The notes: generated from the letters alone by a model not told the origin. A stretch of DNA of 64,000 nt from Candidatus Angelobacter sp. (GCA_035262465.1 DATFSU010000078.1:64013-128012); one strand, 5' to 3'. Positions 18,406 to 28,067 are shown, numbered from the stretch's first letter. Made by a program: numbers and translations.

Positions 18406-20124
18406 ATGTCGCAACGGTTAGGCGATCTTCTGGTCAAAGAGAAGATCATCACCCCGGACCAACTCGATAGAGCGCTGAAGGCGCAGCGGGAGCAGGGTCC
18501 GAATTCGCGTCTGGGATCAACGCTGGTTCACCTGGGTTTTGTAAGCGACGAGGAGGTCACGAACTTCCTCTCCCGCCAGTACGGCGTACCGGCCATTAAC
18601 CTGCAATATTTTGAGATCGACGCTTCGGTGGTGAAGCTGGTTCCGGAAGACACGGCCAAGCGCTACCAGATCCTGCCGCTGAGCCGGGTAGGCGCATCGC
18701 TAACGATTGCCATGGTGGATCCGACGAACGTTTTTGCCATGGACGATATCAAGTTCATGACCGGCTTCAACATTGAGCCGGTAGTGGCGAGCGAATCGGC
18801 GATCATGGACGCCATCGACAAGGCGTATGGCGGATCGTCGCAGAACGAGAACGTGGACGAACTGCTGGCGTCGATGGGCGAAGAAGCCGACGTCGAGCTG
18901 CAGGCCGACCAGGAAGAGATTGATCTCAGCGAGTTGGAGAAATCGGCCGACGAAGCCCCGATCGTCAAGCTGGTGAATATCGTTCTGAGCGATGCCGTAA
19001 AGCGCGGCGCCAGCGACATCCATATTGAACCGTACGAAAAAGAATACCGCGTGCGCTTCCGCATTGACGGCGTTCTGCAAAATATCATGTCCCCTCCGAT
19101 GAAGCTGAAGGATGCCATCACGAGCCGTATAAAAATTATGGCGAAGATGGATATATCAGAAAAACGGCTTCCGCAGGACGGCCGTATCATGTTGAAAATG
19201 CAGATCGGAGGCAAAAAAAAGCAGCTTGATTTTCGCGTCAACTGCCTGCCGACGCTCTGGGGTGAGAAGGTCGTTCTCCGGCTTCTGGACAAAGAAAACC
19301 TCCGGCTCGACATGACCAAGCTCGGCTTCGAGCCCGAGTCTCTGGAGAAATTTCAACGCGCCGTGCTGAAGCCCTACGGCATGGTGCTGGTTACGGGACC
19401 CACGGGATCGGGCAAAACCAACACTCTTTACTCTTCGGTCTCGCTCCTGAATAAGCCTGACACCAACATCATGACCGCCGAAGATCCAGTCGAATTCCAG
19501 TTGCACGGCGTAAACCAGGTGCAGATGAAGGAATCGATCGGCCTGAATTTCGCCGCGGCGCTGCGCGCTTTCCTGCGCCAGGATCCCAACGTGATCCTGG
19601 TCGGTGAGATCCGCGACTTCGAAACCGCGGAAATCGCCATCAAGGCCGCCCTCACCGGACACCTGGTGCTCTCTACCCTGCACACCAACGGCGCGCCGGA
19701 AACCATCAGCCGCCTGATGAACATGGGTATCGAACCCTTCCTGGTCGCAACGGCCGTGCACTTGATCTGCGCTCAGCGACTGATTCGACGGATCTGCGTT
19801 GAATGCCGCGAAGAAGTGCCCATGCCGCCGCAGGCGAAGGTGGAAGCCGGGTACACTGCGGAAGAAGCCAAGACCGTGAAGATTTTCAAAGGCCGCGGCT
19901 GCACCAACTGCAACGGCACCGGATACAAGGGCCGCGCCGGCCTCTATGAAGTAATGGAAGTGGACGATGAGATCCGCGAGTTGATTCTGATCGGCGCATC
20001 CGCCGTGGAATTGAAGAAGAAAGCGATTGAACGGGGCATGATCACGCTGCGGCGCAGCGGATTGACGAAAGTGAAAGACGGCGTGACCACGCTCGAAGAA
20101 GTCGCGCGTGAAACACTGCACTAG
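18406..20124 (+). CDS. pilB: Type IV pilus assembly ATPase PilB (GspE family)
   Basis: 572 aa. It has the N-terminal 'LGDLLVKEKIITPDQLDRAL' T2SSE_N domain, Walker A 'GPTGSGKT', and a tetracysteine motif 'CVECRE...CTNCNGTGY'. Confidence 0.95.
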   Translation: MSQRLGDLLVKEKIITPDQLDRALKAQREQGPNSRLGSTLVHLGFVSDEEVTNFLSRQYGVPAINLQYFEIDASVVKLVPEDTAKRYQILPLSRVGASLTIAMVDPTNVFAMDDIKFMTGFNIEPVVASESAIMDAIDKAYGGSSQNENVDELLASMGEEADVELQADQEEIDLSELEKSADEAPIVKLVNIVLSDAVKRGASDIHIEPYEKEYRVRFRIDGVLQNIMSPPMKLKDAITSRIKIMAKMDISEKRLPQDGRIMLKMQIGGKKKQLDFRVNCLPTLWGEKVVLRLLDKENLRLDMTKLGFEPESLEKFQRAVLKPYGMVLVTGPTGSGKTNTLYSSVSLLNKPDTNIMTAEDPVEFQLHGVNQVQMKESIGLNFAAALRAFLRQDPNVILVGEIRDFETAEIAIKAALTGHLVLSTLHTNGAPETISRLMNMGIEPFLVATAVHLICAQRLIRRICVECREEVPMPPQAKVEAGYTAEEAKTVKIFKGRGCTNCNGTGYKGRAGLYEVMEVDDEIRELILIGASAVELKKKAIERGMITLRRSGLTKVKDGVTTLEEVARETLH

Positions 20125-20128
20125 GGTG

Positions 20129-20202
20129 GGCTCTTGGCTATTGGCTCTTAGCCTTTAGTCAGAAAGCCTTAACCAAAAGCCAAAGGCCAAGAGCGAAGAG
20201 CC
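20129..20202. repeat. Imperfect roughly 30-bp-arm hairpin built from GGCTCTTGGC-like tandem units (pilB-pilT spacer)
   Basis: The left arm is ggctcttggctattggctcttagcctttag. The reverse complement of the right arm is ggctcttcgctcttggcctttggcttttgg. Confidence 0.7.
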
Positions 20203-20250
20203 GATGGCCAGGAAGTGCAAGCGGGAAGAATTCGGAGAGAACGGGGACAA

Positions 20251-21360
20251 ATGAATATTTCACTCAGTGATCTGTTGAAGAAGATGCTGGATATGGCAGG
20301 CTCAGACCTCCATATCACCACAAATTCCCCGCCGCAGGTGCGGGTCCACGGGCATTTGCAACCGCTGGATATGCCGCCGCTCACGCCGTCGGAGACTAAG
20401 CAACTGGCGTACAGCGTGCTCACCGACGCGCAGAAGCACCGCTTCGAGGAAAACATGGAGCTCGACTTCTCTTTCGGACTGAAGGGACTGGCCCGCTTCC
20501 GCGGCAACTGCTTCAACCAGCGCGGCGCCGTAGGCGCTGTTTATCGCGTGATTCCGTTTGAGATTAAAACCTTCCAGCAGCTGAATCTGCCGCAGGTGAT
20601 TTCCCGGCTGTGCGATAAGCCGCGCGGGCTGATTTTGGTGACCGGTCCGACCGGTTCCGGCAAGTCCACCACATTGGCGGCCATGCTCGACAAAATCAAC
20701 GTTGAGCGGCATGACCACATTATTACGATTGAGGATCCAATCGAATTTGTACACCAGAACAAGAGTTGCCTGGTGAACCAGCGCGAGGTGCATTCCGATA
20801 CGCAGTCATTCACCAACGCACTCCGCGCCGCGCTGCGTGAAGATCCTGACGTGGTGCTGATCGGCGAAATGCGCGACCTGGAGACGATTGAATCCGCTCT
20901 GCGCATCGCCGAAACCGGCCACCTGACCTTCGGCACGCTGCATACCAACTCTGCCGCGTCCACCATCAACCGTATTATTGACGTCTTTCCGTCACACCAG
21001 CAATCGCAGATTCGCGCGCAGCTCTCGCTGGTGCTGGAAGGGATTCTTTGCCAATCGCTGCTGCCGCGCGTTGGCGGGCAAGGCCGCGTCATGGCGATGG
21101 AAATCCTGGTTCCCAATGCCGCGGTGAGAAACCTGATCCGCGAAGACAAGATTCACCAGATTTATTCCGCAATGCAGTCCGGGCAGGAAAAGTTCGGCAT
21201 GCAAACGTTCAACCAGTCGCTGGCGACCCTTTATTTCCAGAAAGCCATCACCCTGGAGACCGCGTTGCAGCGTTCATCCATGCCGGATGAATTGCAGGAT
21301 ATGATCAACCGCGGCGTGCAGGCAACGAAAACAGCTGCAGCAACGCCGCAGCGCAGATAG
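20251..21360 (+). CDS. pilT: Twitching-motility (retraction) ATPase PilT
   Basis: 'MNISLSDLLKKMLDMAGSDLHI', Walker A 'GPTGSGKST', and 'AHLVFGTLHT'-type 'GHLTFGTLHTNSA' are present. The ATG at 20251 is preceded by GGAGAGAACGGGG. Confidence 0.95.
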   Translation: MNISLSDLLKKMLDMAGSDLHITTNSPPQVRVHGHLQPLDMPPLTPSETKQLAYSVLTDAQKHRFEENMELDFSFGLKGLARFRGNCFNQRGAVGAVYRVIPFEIKTFQQLNLPQVISRLCDKPRGLILVTGPTGSGKSTTLAAMLDKINVERHDHIITIEDPIEFVHQNKSCLVNQREVHSDTQSFTNALRAALREDPDVVLIGEMRDLETIESALRIAETGHLTFGTLHTNSAASTINRIIDVFPSHQQSQIRAQLSLVLEGILCQSLLPRVGGQGRVMAMEILVPNAAVRNLIREDKIHQIYSAMQSGQEKFGMQTFNQSLATLYFQKAITLETALQRSSMPDELQDMINRGVQATKTAAATPQRR

Positions 21361-21362
21361 TT

Positions 21363-21460
21363 GGTCAGTTTAAAACTGACAAACTATCTGGTATCAGCGT
21401 CTAGCGATTCGCTCGCGAATCGCGGGCCTTTAGGCAGACGGTTCATCGCGAAGCGATGAA
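21363..21460. repeat. About 100-nt three-hairpin intergenic repeat, copy 1 (inverted relative to copy 2 at 61948-62048)
   Basis: Sub-hairpins are gtcagttt/aaactgac, gcgattcgc/gcgaatcgc and ttcatcgc/gcgatgaa. The reverse complement of 21391-21460 aligns with 61948-62016 with only a few mismatches. Confidence 0.85.
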
Positions 21461-21549
21461 AAAAACAGAACGTTAGAGTGTTCTCCAACACTCCCCCTGG
21501 TTGGTTAGGCCGTAGTCGGTAGGCAAATAGGACGAGAGGAGTATTTGGT

Positions 21550-22758
21550 ATGCCGGTATTCACATTCACAGGCACCGATGCCCAGGGTAAGAAGATCGCC
21601 GGGGAGCGGTTGGCCGACAGTAAAGCCGCGGTCACCATGCAGTTGCGCCGCGAGCGCATTACTCCGGGCGCCATCAAGGAGAAGGGCAAAGAGTTCAATC
21701 TGCCTAAAATTGGCACCGGCAAAGTTCCCATCAAGGACCTGGCCGTCTTCTTCCGCCAGTTCTCCGTGATGATTGACGCCGGCCTGCCGCTGGTGCAGTG
21801 CTTGGAGATTCTGGCCGCCAACCAGGAAAATCTGTTCTTCCAGAAATGCCTCACTGGCGTCCGCACCAGCGTGGAAAGCGGCTCGACGCTCTCCAACGCC
21901 ATGCGCCAGTATCCCAAGATCTTTGACGACCTCACCACCAACATGATCGAGGCGGGTGAAGCCGGCGGTATTCTGGATACCATTCTGCAGCGCCTGGCCA
22001 CCTACGTGGAAAAAGCGGTGAAGTTGAAATCCGCGGTCAAATCGGCATTGATCTACCCGGTCTCCGTCATTTCGATTGCCGCCCTGGTGGTGGGATGCCT
22101 GCTTAAGTTCGTGGTGCCCATCTTCGCCAATATGTTCAACAGCATGGGCGTCGACCTGCCGCTGCCTACCAAGATCGTGATCGGGCTCAGTAATTTCGTC
22201 GGCCGGTTCTGGTGGCTTGGCTTCCTGATGCTCATCTTTATGGTGGTCGGCATCAAGTACATCCGCAAGGACCCCAAGGGCCGTTACATGCTCGATAAAT
22301 TCCTTCTGAACCTGCCGGTCCTCGGCGTGGTACTAAGGAAAATTGCGGTGGCGCGCTTCACGCGTACGTTGGGTACTCTGATCACCTCGGGCGTGCCGAT
22401 CCTGGAAGGCCTGGCCATTACCGCAAGAACATCAGGTAACGCCGTTCTAGAAGATGCGCTGATGAAAGTCCGCAAGGCCGTGGAAGAAGGCCGGACGATT
22501 GTAGATCCTCTCAAGGAGTGCGGCGTCTTTCCCAACATGGTGACGCAGATGATCGGCGTGGGTGAAGCCACCGGCGCCATGGATGCCATGCTCCAGAAGA
22601 TCGCCGATTTCTATGAGGATGAGGTCGATGCAGCGACCAAAGACATGTTGACGCTCCTGGAGCCGATCATGATCGGCTTTCTCGGCGTCGCCGTCGGCGG
22701 AATTGTGATTTCGTTGTACATGCCGCTGTTCTCGATGATCGCCAAGCTGTCCGGCTAG
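21550..22758 (+). CDS. pilC: Type IV pilus inner-membrane platform protein PilC (GspF family)
   Basis: 402 aa with two GspF repeats ('FFRQFSVMIDAGLPLVQCLE', 'FTRTLGTLITSGVPILEGL'). Confidence 0.95.
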   Translation: MPVFTFTGTDAQGKKIAGERLADSKAAVTMQLRRERITPGAIKEKGKEFNLPKIGTGKVPIKDLAVFFRQFSVMIDAGLPLVQCLEILAANQENLFFQKCLTGVRTSVESGSTLSNAMRQYPKIFDDLTTNMIEAGEAGGILDTILQRLATYVEKAVKLKSAVKSALIYPVSVISIAALVVGCLLKFVVPIFANMFNSMGVDLPLPTKIVIGLSNFVGRFWWLGFLMLIFMVVGIKYIRKDPKGRYMLDKFLLNLPVLGVVLRKIAVARFTRTLGTLITSGVPILEGLAITARTSGNAVLEDALMKVRKAVEEGRTIVDPLKECGVFPNMVTQMIGVGEATGAMDAMLQKIADFYEDEVDAATKDMLTLLEPIMIGFLGVAVGGIVISLYMPLFSMIAKLSG

Positions 22759-22856
22759 GAAACAGGCATCCGGCGCTACAACTTCTGACCCGCCTGCCAT
22801 AAAGCGGGCGGGTCTTTAACCGATGAACGAAAGACCGGCAACAGAGACCAGTAAAG

Positions 22857-24503
22857 ATGGGTGATATTCGGTTCAACGAGCGGGCATGGCTGGCATGGCT
22901 TGTTAAAGTCCGTGTCGTCATTATTTCGTTTCTGCTCGCTGTTGAGTTGATGATTGCGAAGCTCACGCCAAACAACGTCAATACCCGGCTTTTTATCACC
23001 GTCGTTCTCGTTTGGTACACCACCTCTGTCTTCTTTATTGTCCTGCACTCACTGTGGGAGGAATTCAAGCTCCAGGCCATCGTCCAGATCTTTACTGACC
23101 TGGCTTTTGCCACCGGCGTGGTCTACGTCACCGGCGGCATCGATACCTTTTTTAACTTTCTTTATCCGCTGGTCATCATCGTGGCCAGTATTCTGCTGCC
23201 TCGTTACTGGGCTTACCTGACGGCCGCAGTCTCGTTCATCTGTTTCGGTGCGGTGCTCGAACTCAGCTACTTTGAGCGCATCCCCACCTTCCAGGTCACG
23301 GCGCGCGGCGATCTGAAATCGCTGCAGGTCGTCATTCTGGTCAATTTCTGCGCCTATCTGGCGGTGGCTCATCTCGCCAGCGCGCTGGCCGCCAAGCTCC
23401 GTCAGGCCGGCATCGAACTGCGCGACAAGAGCGGCGAACTGCTCAGCCTCCAGGCGCTCCATGAGAACGTGATTCACTCCATTCGCAGCGGCCTGATCAC
23501 CGCCGATCTGGAGGGCCGGGTCACGTTGATGAATTCTCCGGGCCAGAAGCTGCTGGAACGCACAGCCTCCTCGGTTTACGGGCGGCACATCTCGGACCTG
23601 TTTGTTGACCATCTTCCCAATATTGACGCCGGCCAATGCGAAGTTCGCTGTCTTACCCCCGCAGGAAAAGAAAAAACCTTTGACGTGAACGTGACCGCCC
23701 TGATCGTTCCCGAACAGGGCACCATCGGATACGTTTATACCTTTGAGGACCGCACTGAACTGCGCCGGTTGGAGCAGGAAGTGCGCATGCGCGACCGCCT
23801 GGCCGCCGTGGGACGCCTGGCCGCCGGCATCGCCCACGAGATTCGCAATCCCCTGGCTTCGATTGCCGGCTCGATCAACGTGCTCTCACAGGTAACGCCA
23901 TTCAACGAAGAACAAAAGACGCTGGTCAACATCATCACGCGCGAATCAACCCGGCTCAATTCCATCATCTCCGACTTCCTGGTCTATTCCCGGGAAAAGA
24001 GTTTCAAGTTCACGCGGACCGATCTCCTGCCCTTGCTGAACGACGCTCTCGTGTTGCTGGCCAATCGTTCCCAGGGCGGCGAGTTGAACATCGTCCGCGA
24101 ATATGCCGTAGCTGACGCTTTTGCGGCGATTGACGCCGACCGCATCAAACAGGTCTTCTGGAACCTGCTGGAAAATGCCGTGCGCGCGATGGGCGGCAAA
24201 GGCACCATCACTGTTTCTGTCCGCACGGCCGGCGACTTTCTCCGCATCGGAGTTCGCGACACCGGCCCCGGCATTCCACCACAACTGGCGGAAAAGATCT
24301 TCGAACCGTTCCAGTCGCAGTTTGATGGCGGCACCGGGCTGGGCCTGGCGATTGTGTATCAGATTGTGCGGGCGCACGGGGCCAAGATATTCGTCCAGTC
24401 AGCGCCGGGCCGGGGCGCGGAGTTCATTCTGGAGATCCTGCACGCCAAAGCCGCCGCCGAGCCCGAGCCCGCGCCGCTGAGTACGGAGGTTTCGCATGGC
24501 TAG
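22857..24503 (+). CDS. pilS: Membrane sensor histidine kinase (PilS-like)
   Basis: It has a multi-TM N-terminus, a PAS-like region, the H-box 'AHEIRNPLASI', and G-boxes 'DTGPGI' and 'GGTGLGLAIV'. The symbol is assigned by synteny with pilB/T/C/R. Confidence 0.85.
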   Translation: MGDIRFNERAWLAWLVKVRVVIISFLLAVELMIAKLTPNNVNTRLFITVVLVWYTTSVFFIVLHSLWEEFKLQAIVQIFTDLAFATGVVYVTGGIDTFFNFLYPLVIIVASILLPRYWAYLTAAVSFICFGAVLELSYFERIPTFQVTARGDLKSLQVVILVNFCAYLAVAHLASALAAKLRQAGIELRDKSGELLSLQALHENVIHSIRSGLITADLEGRVTLMNSPGQKLLERTASSVYGRHISDLFVDHLPNIDAGQCEVRCLTPAGKEKTFDVNVTALIVPEQGTIGYVYTFEDRTELRRLEQEVRMRDRLAAVGRLAAGIAHEIRNPLASIAGSINVLSQVTPFNEEQKTLVNIITRESTRLNSIISDFLVYSREKSFKFTRTDLLPLLNDALVLLANRSQGGELNIVREYAVADAFAAIDADRIKQVFWNLLENAVRAMGGKGTITVSVRTAGDFLRIGVRDTGPGIPPQLAEKIFEPFQSQFDGGTGLGLAIVYQIVRAHGAKIFVQSAPGRGAEFILEILHAKAAAEPEPAPLSTEVSHG

Positions 24504-25869
24504 CATTCTGGTATGCGATGACCAGCGCTCGATCTGCGAGATGCTCGATATCTCGCTCCGCAAGGATGGCCACCGCGTGGAAACCGTCAACGGCGGTGAG
24601 GCCGCAAAGAAGAAACTCAGCTCCGCCAATTACGAGCTTCTGATCACCGACATCAAGATGCCGCAGACTGACGGCATTGAGGTGCTCCGCTACGCGCGCC
24701 AGTCGTCGCCGGACACCTCGGTCATCCTCATCACTGCCGTGGAAGATTACGAGGCGGCAGTGCAGGCGGTTAAGGGCGGCGCCTTCGATTACATTCACAA
24801 GGGCCCGGGCCTGCTCGAGGAGCTGAAGGTCTCTGTCGGTCGCGCGCTGGAAACCCTGGCGTTACAGCAGGAGAATTTCGCTCTCAAGCGCGATGCCGCC
24901 AGCCGCAACTCGCTCGATAACATCGTCGGCGGCAGCCCGGCAGTAGAGAAATTGAAAGGCACGATCCGCACCGTGGCCCCCACCGGCAGCACGGTGCTGA
25001 TCTATGGCGAAAGCGGCACGGGAAAGGAGCTGGTGGCGCGGGCTGTCCACGCCTGTTCGCCGCGCTCCTCTGACCCGTTTGTCTCCATCAATTGCGGCGC
25101 ATTTCCTGAAACCCTTCTGGAAAGCGAGCTCTTCGGCTACGTGAAAGGCGCATTTACCGGCGCCAGCCAGAACAAACGCGGGCTGTTCGAAGTGGCCAAC
25201 GGGGGAACGATCTTTCTGGATGAGATCGGGGAGATGAGCGTCTCCATGCAGGTAAAGCTGCTGCGTGTCCTGCAGGAGCGCACCATTCGCGCCGTAGGCG
25301 GCACACAGGAAGCCCCGATCGACGTGCGCGTGATCGCCGCCACCAATAAAGACCTGCGCCAGATGGTGGCAGCCGGCAGCTTCCGCGAAGACCTTTATTA
25401 TCGCGTCAGCGTGATTCCGATCCAGGTGCCGCCCTTGCGCGAACGACGCGATGACGTGGAGCTTCTGGCCAATCATTTCCTCAAGAAATACGCCAACGCG
25501 GCGCAAAAGAGCATTCTGCGCATCCGTCCGGAATCGCTCGAAGCGCTCAGGAGTTTCGATTGGCCCGGCAACGTGCGGCAGCTGGAAAACACCATCGAAC
25601 GCGCCGTGGCCATGGAGACAAGCGATGTGCTGAAGGTGGACCTGGAAGCCGATCATCCGCCGGCAAGGGCGGCCAACGGTTCCGGCAATGGCCACCATCC
25701 CAACGTCCCGGCTGACGGCATGGATTTCGAAAAATATGTCGCCGACATTGAACGGTCGTTGATCGAATCCGCCCTGGAGCAATCCGGCGGCGTGCAGACC
25801 CGCGCAGCCGAGCTGCTGAAAGTCTCTTACCGCTCGTTCCGCCACTTGCTGAAGAAATACGATATCTAG
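24496..25869 (+). CDS. pilR: Sigma-54-dependent response regulator (PilR-like)
   Basis: The receiver has 'LLITDIKMP', Walker A is 'GESGTGKE', GAFTGA is intact ('GYVKGAFTGAS'), and there is a C-terminal Fis-type HTH. It overlaps the kinase gene by 8 nt. Confidence 0.9.
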   Translation: MASILVCDDQRSICEMLDISLRKDGHRVETVNGGEAAKKKLSSANYELLITDIKMPQTDGIEVLRYARQSSPDTSVILITAVEDYEAAVQAVKGGAFDYIHKGPGLLEELKVSVGRALETLALQQENFALKRDAASRNSLDNIVGGSPAVEKLKGTIRTVAPTGSTVLIYGESGTGKELVARAVHACSPRSSDPFVSINCGAFPETLLESELFGYVKGAFTGASQNKRGLFEVANGGTIFLDEIGEMSVSMQVKLLRVLQERTIRAVGGTQEAPIDVRVIAATNKDLRQMVAAGSFREDLYYRVSVIPIQVPPLRERRDDVELLANHFLKKYANAAQKSILRIRPESLEALRSFDWPGNVRQLENTIERAVAMETSDVLKVDLEADHPPARAANGSGNGHHPNVPADGMDFEKYVADIERSLIESALEQSGGVQTRAAELLKVSYRSFRHLLKKYDI

Positions 25870-25894
25870 CTTTTTGCCGAATCAAGAGCATGAA

Positions 25895-25924
25895 ACAAAA
25901 AAGCCCCTTTGCAGGGGCTTTTTG
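25895..25924. terminator. Bidirectional rho-independent terminator
   Basis: The sequence aaaaaAGCCCCTttgcAGGGGCTtttt lies between convergent genes (pilR on the plus strand and 25938.. on the minus strand). Confidence 0.8.
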
Positions 25925-25937
25925 ACTCTATAACTAT

Positions 25938-27593
25938 TTAGTCTTCATCATGGTCTTCCGGAGCGAACGTCACGCCACGCAACACCTCGCCGGATTGAGC
26001 TGAGCGAATCGTGGTGAAGACGCCCGCCGAGCCGTCTCCATCTCCATGCCCATCGCCGTGCAGCTGTGAAAGCGAAGTCGCTCTCAGGCGGTCGGTAACG
26101 CGCACCAGTTTGTTTGGATCGGCGCCCTGATCGCCGCTGGGGCTGATGGTTGAGGTTACGGCAAAAATCTCAACGCGGTCGCCATTGACTCTGCCGGTGA
26201 TGTTGCGGCAGCCGCCCGTGGCCGGATTGAGCGCGGCCGGATAGTTCGGCACGCTGTACGGAATGCCGATGTTCAGGCCGTTCTGCAGAACGTACGCCAG
26301 GCTCCAGACACCATTGCTGCGGACCCATTTCTGGACACCTGCGGTTGACTGGCTCGCCGGCGTCGCCACGTTGCCGTTGACGGCCGGCGTCACCAGAGTT
26401 CCGTCGCCTTCATCGCAAACATAAAGCGTGTTGGCATCGGCAAACCAGATTCCGAACGGAAACGAGACCGGCGCCGGGTTACCCTTCTGGTCTGTTCCAT
26501 TCGCCAGCGAGGTTGGAAACCCCGGCAGAATCGTGATGGGCGTGGCAGCAAGCTGCGCCGTGGTTCCGGATGGAAGAACACCGGCATCGCCTACCTGATA
26601 GACCGTGTTGATCCCGTTGCCACCGCTTCCCTTGGTAACAAAGAGCGTGTTGTTAAAGATGGTCACACTGCGGAAATTATTGTCCTTGCCGGCTTTATCC
26701 GGGTTGGCGTAACCAACCTGCGTGATGGCAAACTCGCCGATCTTGTTGATGTTCGGCGGCACCGGCGCGGTCTGGCCGGGAAAGAGCAGTTCCACGCCCG
26801 TCGAGGTAATCAGGTTCACGCCAACTTGCGTGGTGGTTAGCTGGGCCGACGACAGACCGCCGTTGTTGTCATTCCCGGCAAGAAAATATGTTCCATGGGA
26901 CTTGATTGCAGCGCGTCCGTTATTCCCACTGTAAGCATTCCCTTCCGTGAACTGGAAGTGACCACGAGCATCCACCTCCGTGACTGCGCGGAAGTACTGC
27001 GTCACTACCGGGTTTGTGGGATCGACCACGCCTGGCGTGTTGGAATTGGAAATGTCGAGAAGATTTGGCGCGGTGGGGAAACCTGGGCCGCCACGATAAG
27101 CGAGGAAGGTAATGGATTTGCCGTCGGTCGAGCGGTTCAGGGCCAGCTCCGATTTCGAACTGAAGCTGGTTACCACCTGGTCAGACGGCACAGCCAATGT
27201 GCCAAGCGTTTTTCCTTCAGTCGTAATGTTGTCAAGGAAGATCGGCGCCGTGATCCCGAAGCTGCCGTCGGGGCCGTCATTGTTGAAGACTGTGGGATAG
27301 GTGCCGTCCGCGACTGCCTTGGCGCATTTCACTTTCACCGTTGTGGTGCCACCGCCCAGCAGCGGAAGCGTGACGGTGCCGGCCACGCAGCCTGGCGGCA
27401 GCGTCTGCCCTACGGTCACGGACGCGGCGTTGCCTGCATACACACTGCGGCTCACGACCAGTGTCCCGTTCTTGAATCTGAATCCATCGTGATCGTCTTC
27501 AACCGCGGATGCTTTCGGAATGAATGGACCTGCTGACAACAACAATACAAATGCAACCTCAAGTACTGAACATACAAGAGTTTTTTTCTTCAC
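25938..27593 (-). CDS. Secreted hypothetical protein (Gly/Thr/Asn-rich, probably beta-rich)
   Basis: The long ORF has the signal-like 'KKKTLVCSVLEVAFVLLLSAGPFIPKASA' and an acidic/His C-terminus 'HGDGHGDGDG...EDHDED'. The start is uncertain: I prefer the GTG at 27593, while the ORF track extends to 27656. Confidence 0.75.
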   Translation of the reverse strand: MKKKTLVCSVLEVAFVLLLSAGPFIPKASAVEDDHDGFRFKNGTLVVSRSVYAGNAASVTVGQTLPPGCVAGTVTLPLLGGGTTTVKVKCAKAVADGTYPTVFNNDGPDGSFGITAPIFLDNITTEGKTLGTLAVPSDQVVTSFSSKSELALNRSTDGKSITFLAYRGGPGFPTAPNLLDISNSNTPGVVDPTNPVVTQYFRAVTEVDARGHFQFTEGNAYSGNNGRAAIKSHGTYFLAGNDNNGGLSSAQLTTTQVGVNLITSTGVELLFPGQTAPVPPNINKIGEFAITQVGYANPDKAGKDNNFRSVTIFNNTLFVTKGSGGNGINTVYQVGDAGVLPSGTTAQLAATPITILPGFPTSLANGTDQKGNPAPVSFPFGIWFADANTLYVCDEGDGTLVTPAVNGNVATPASQSTAGVQKWVRSNGVWSLAYVLQNGLNIGIPYSVPNYPAALNPATGGCRNITGRVNGDRVEIFAVTSTISPSGDQGADPNKLVRVTDRLRATSLSQLHGDGHGDGDGSAGVFTTIRSAQSGEVLRGVTFAPEDHDED

Positions 27594-27725
27594 GAATTTT
27601 TGGCCCTCCTGGGCAGCCAACATAATTTCATGGCGTTTCCCTAAGTGGGCCTGCACGAGTGTTAAATTTCGGTGAAGTTTTGAATAGCAGGATCGCTGTA
27701 AAGTTATGCAAAGCTCAAGCGCCTG

Positions 27726-28067
27726 CTAGACGATCGGCGCCAGAAAGTCGATCATCCGCGCCTTGATGTCCGCAACCTCTTTCTCAATCGCGCCGAACTG
27801 TTTTCCGTTGGTTTTTTGCGGCGGTTCGCTGTCCTGCAGCGTGATCCACTCTTCTTTGAATTTGCGCGCGGTCTCGCGGACGTCCTTTGGCTGGGAATCG
27901 TCTTGTGACAATTTCTTGCACATCAACGCCAGAATGATAGCGTCAACTTTTTCCAGATTTTCTCTGCCGATCATGCTTGGGATTCTAGCAGGACCGCCGG
28001 AATCACCGAAACTGCCATAAGATCGCTGAATTGACCCGCTGAAGACGGATAAATCTTTTCTTTTCAT
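27726..28067 (-). CDS. Hypothetical protein (113 aa)
   Basis: The ORF lies 40 nt downstream of the mutase gene on the same strand. Its charged composition is protein-like, and no domain is recognisable. Confidence 0.5.
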   Translation of the reverse strand: MKRKDLSVFSGSIQRSYGSFGDSGGPARIPSMIGRENLEKVDAIILALMCKKLSQDDSQPKDVRETARKFKEEWITLQDSEPPQKTNGKQFGAIEKEVADIKARMIDFLAPIV

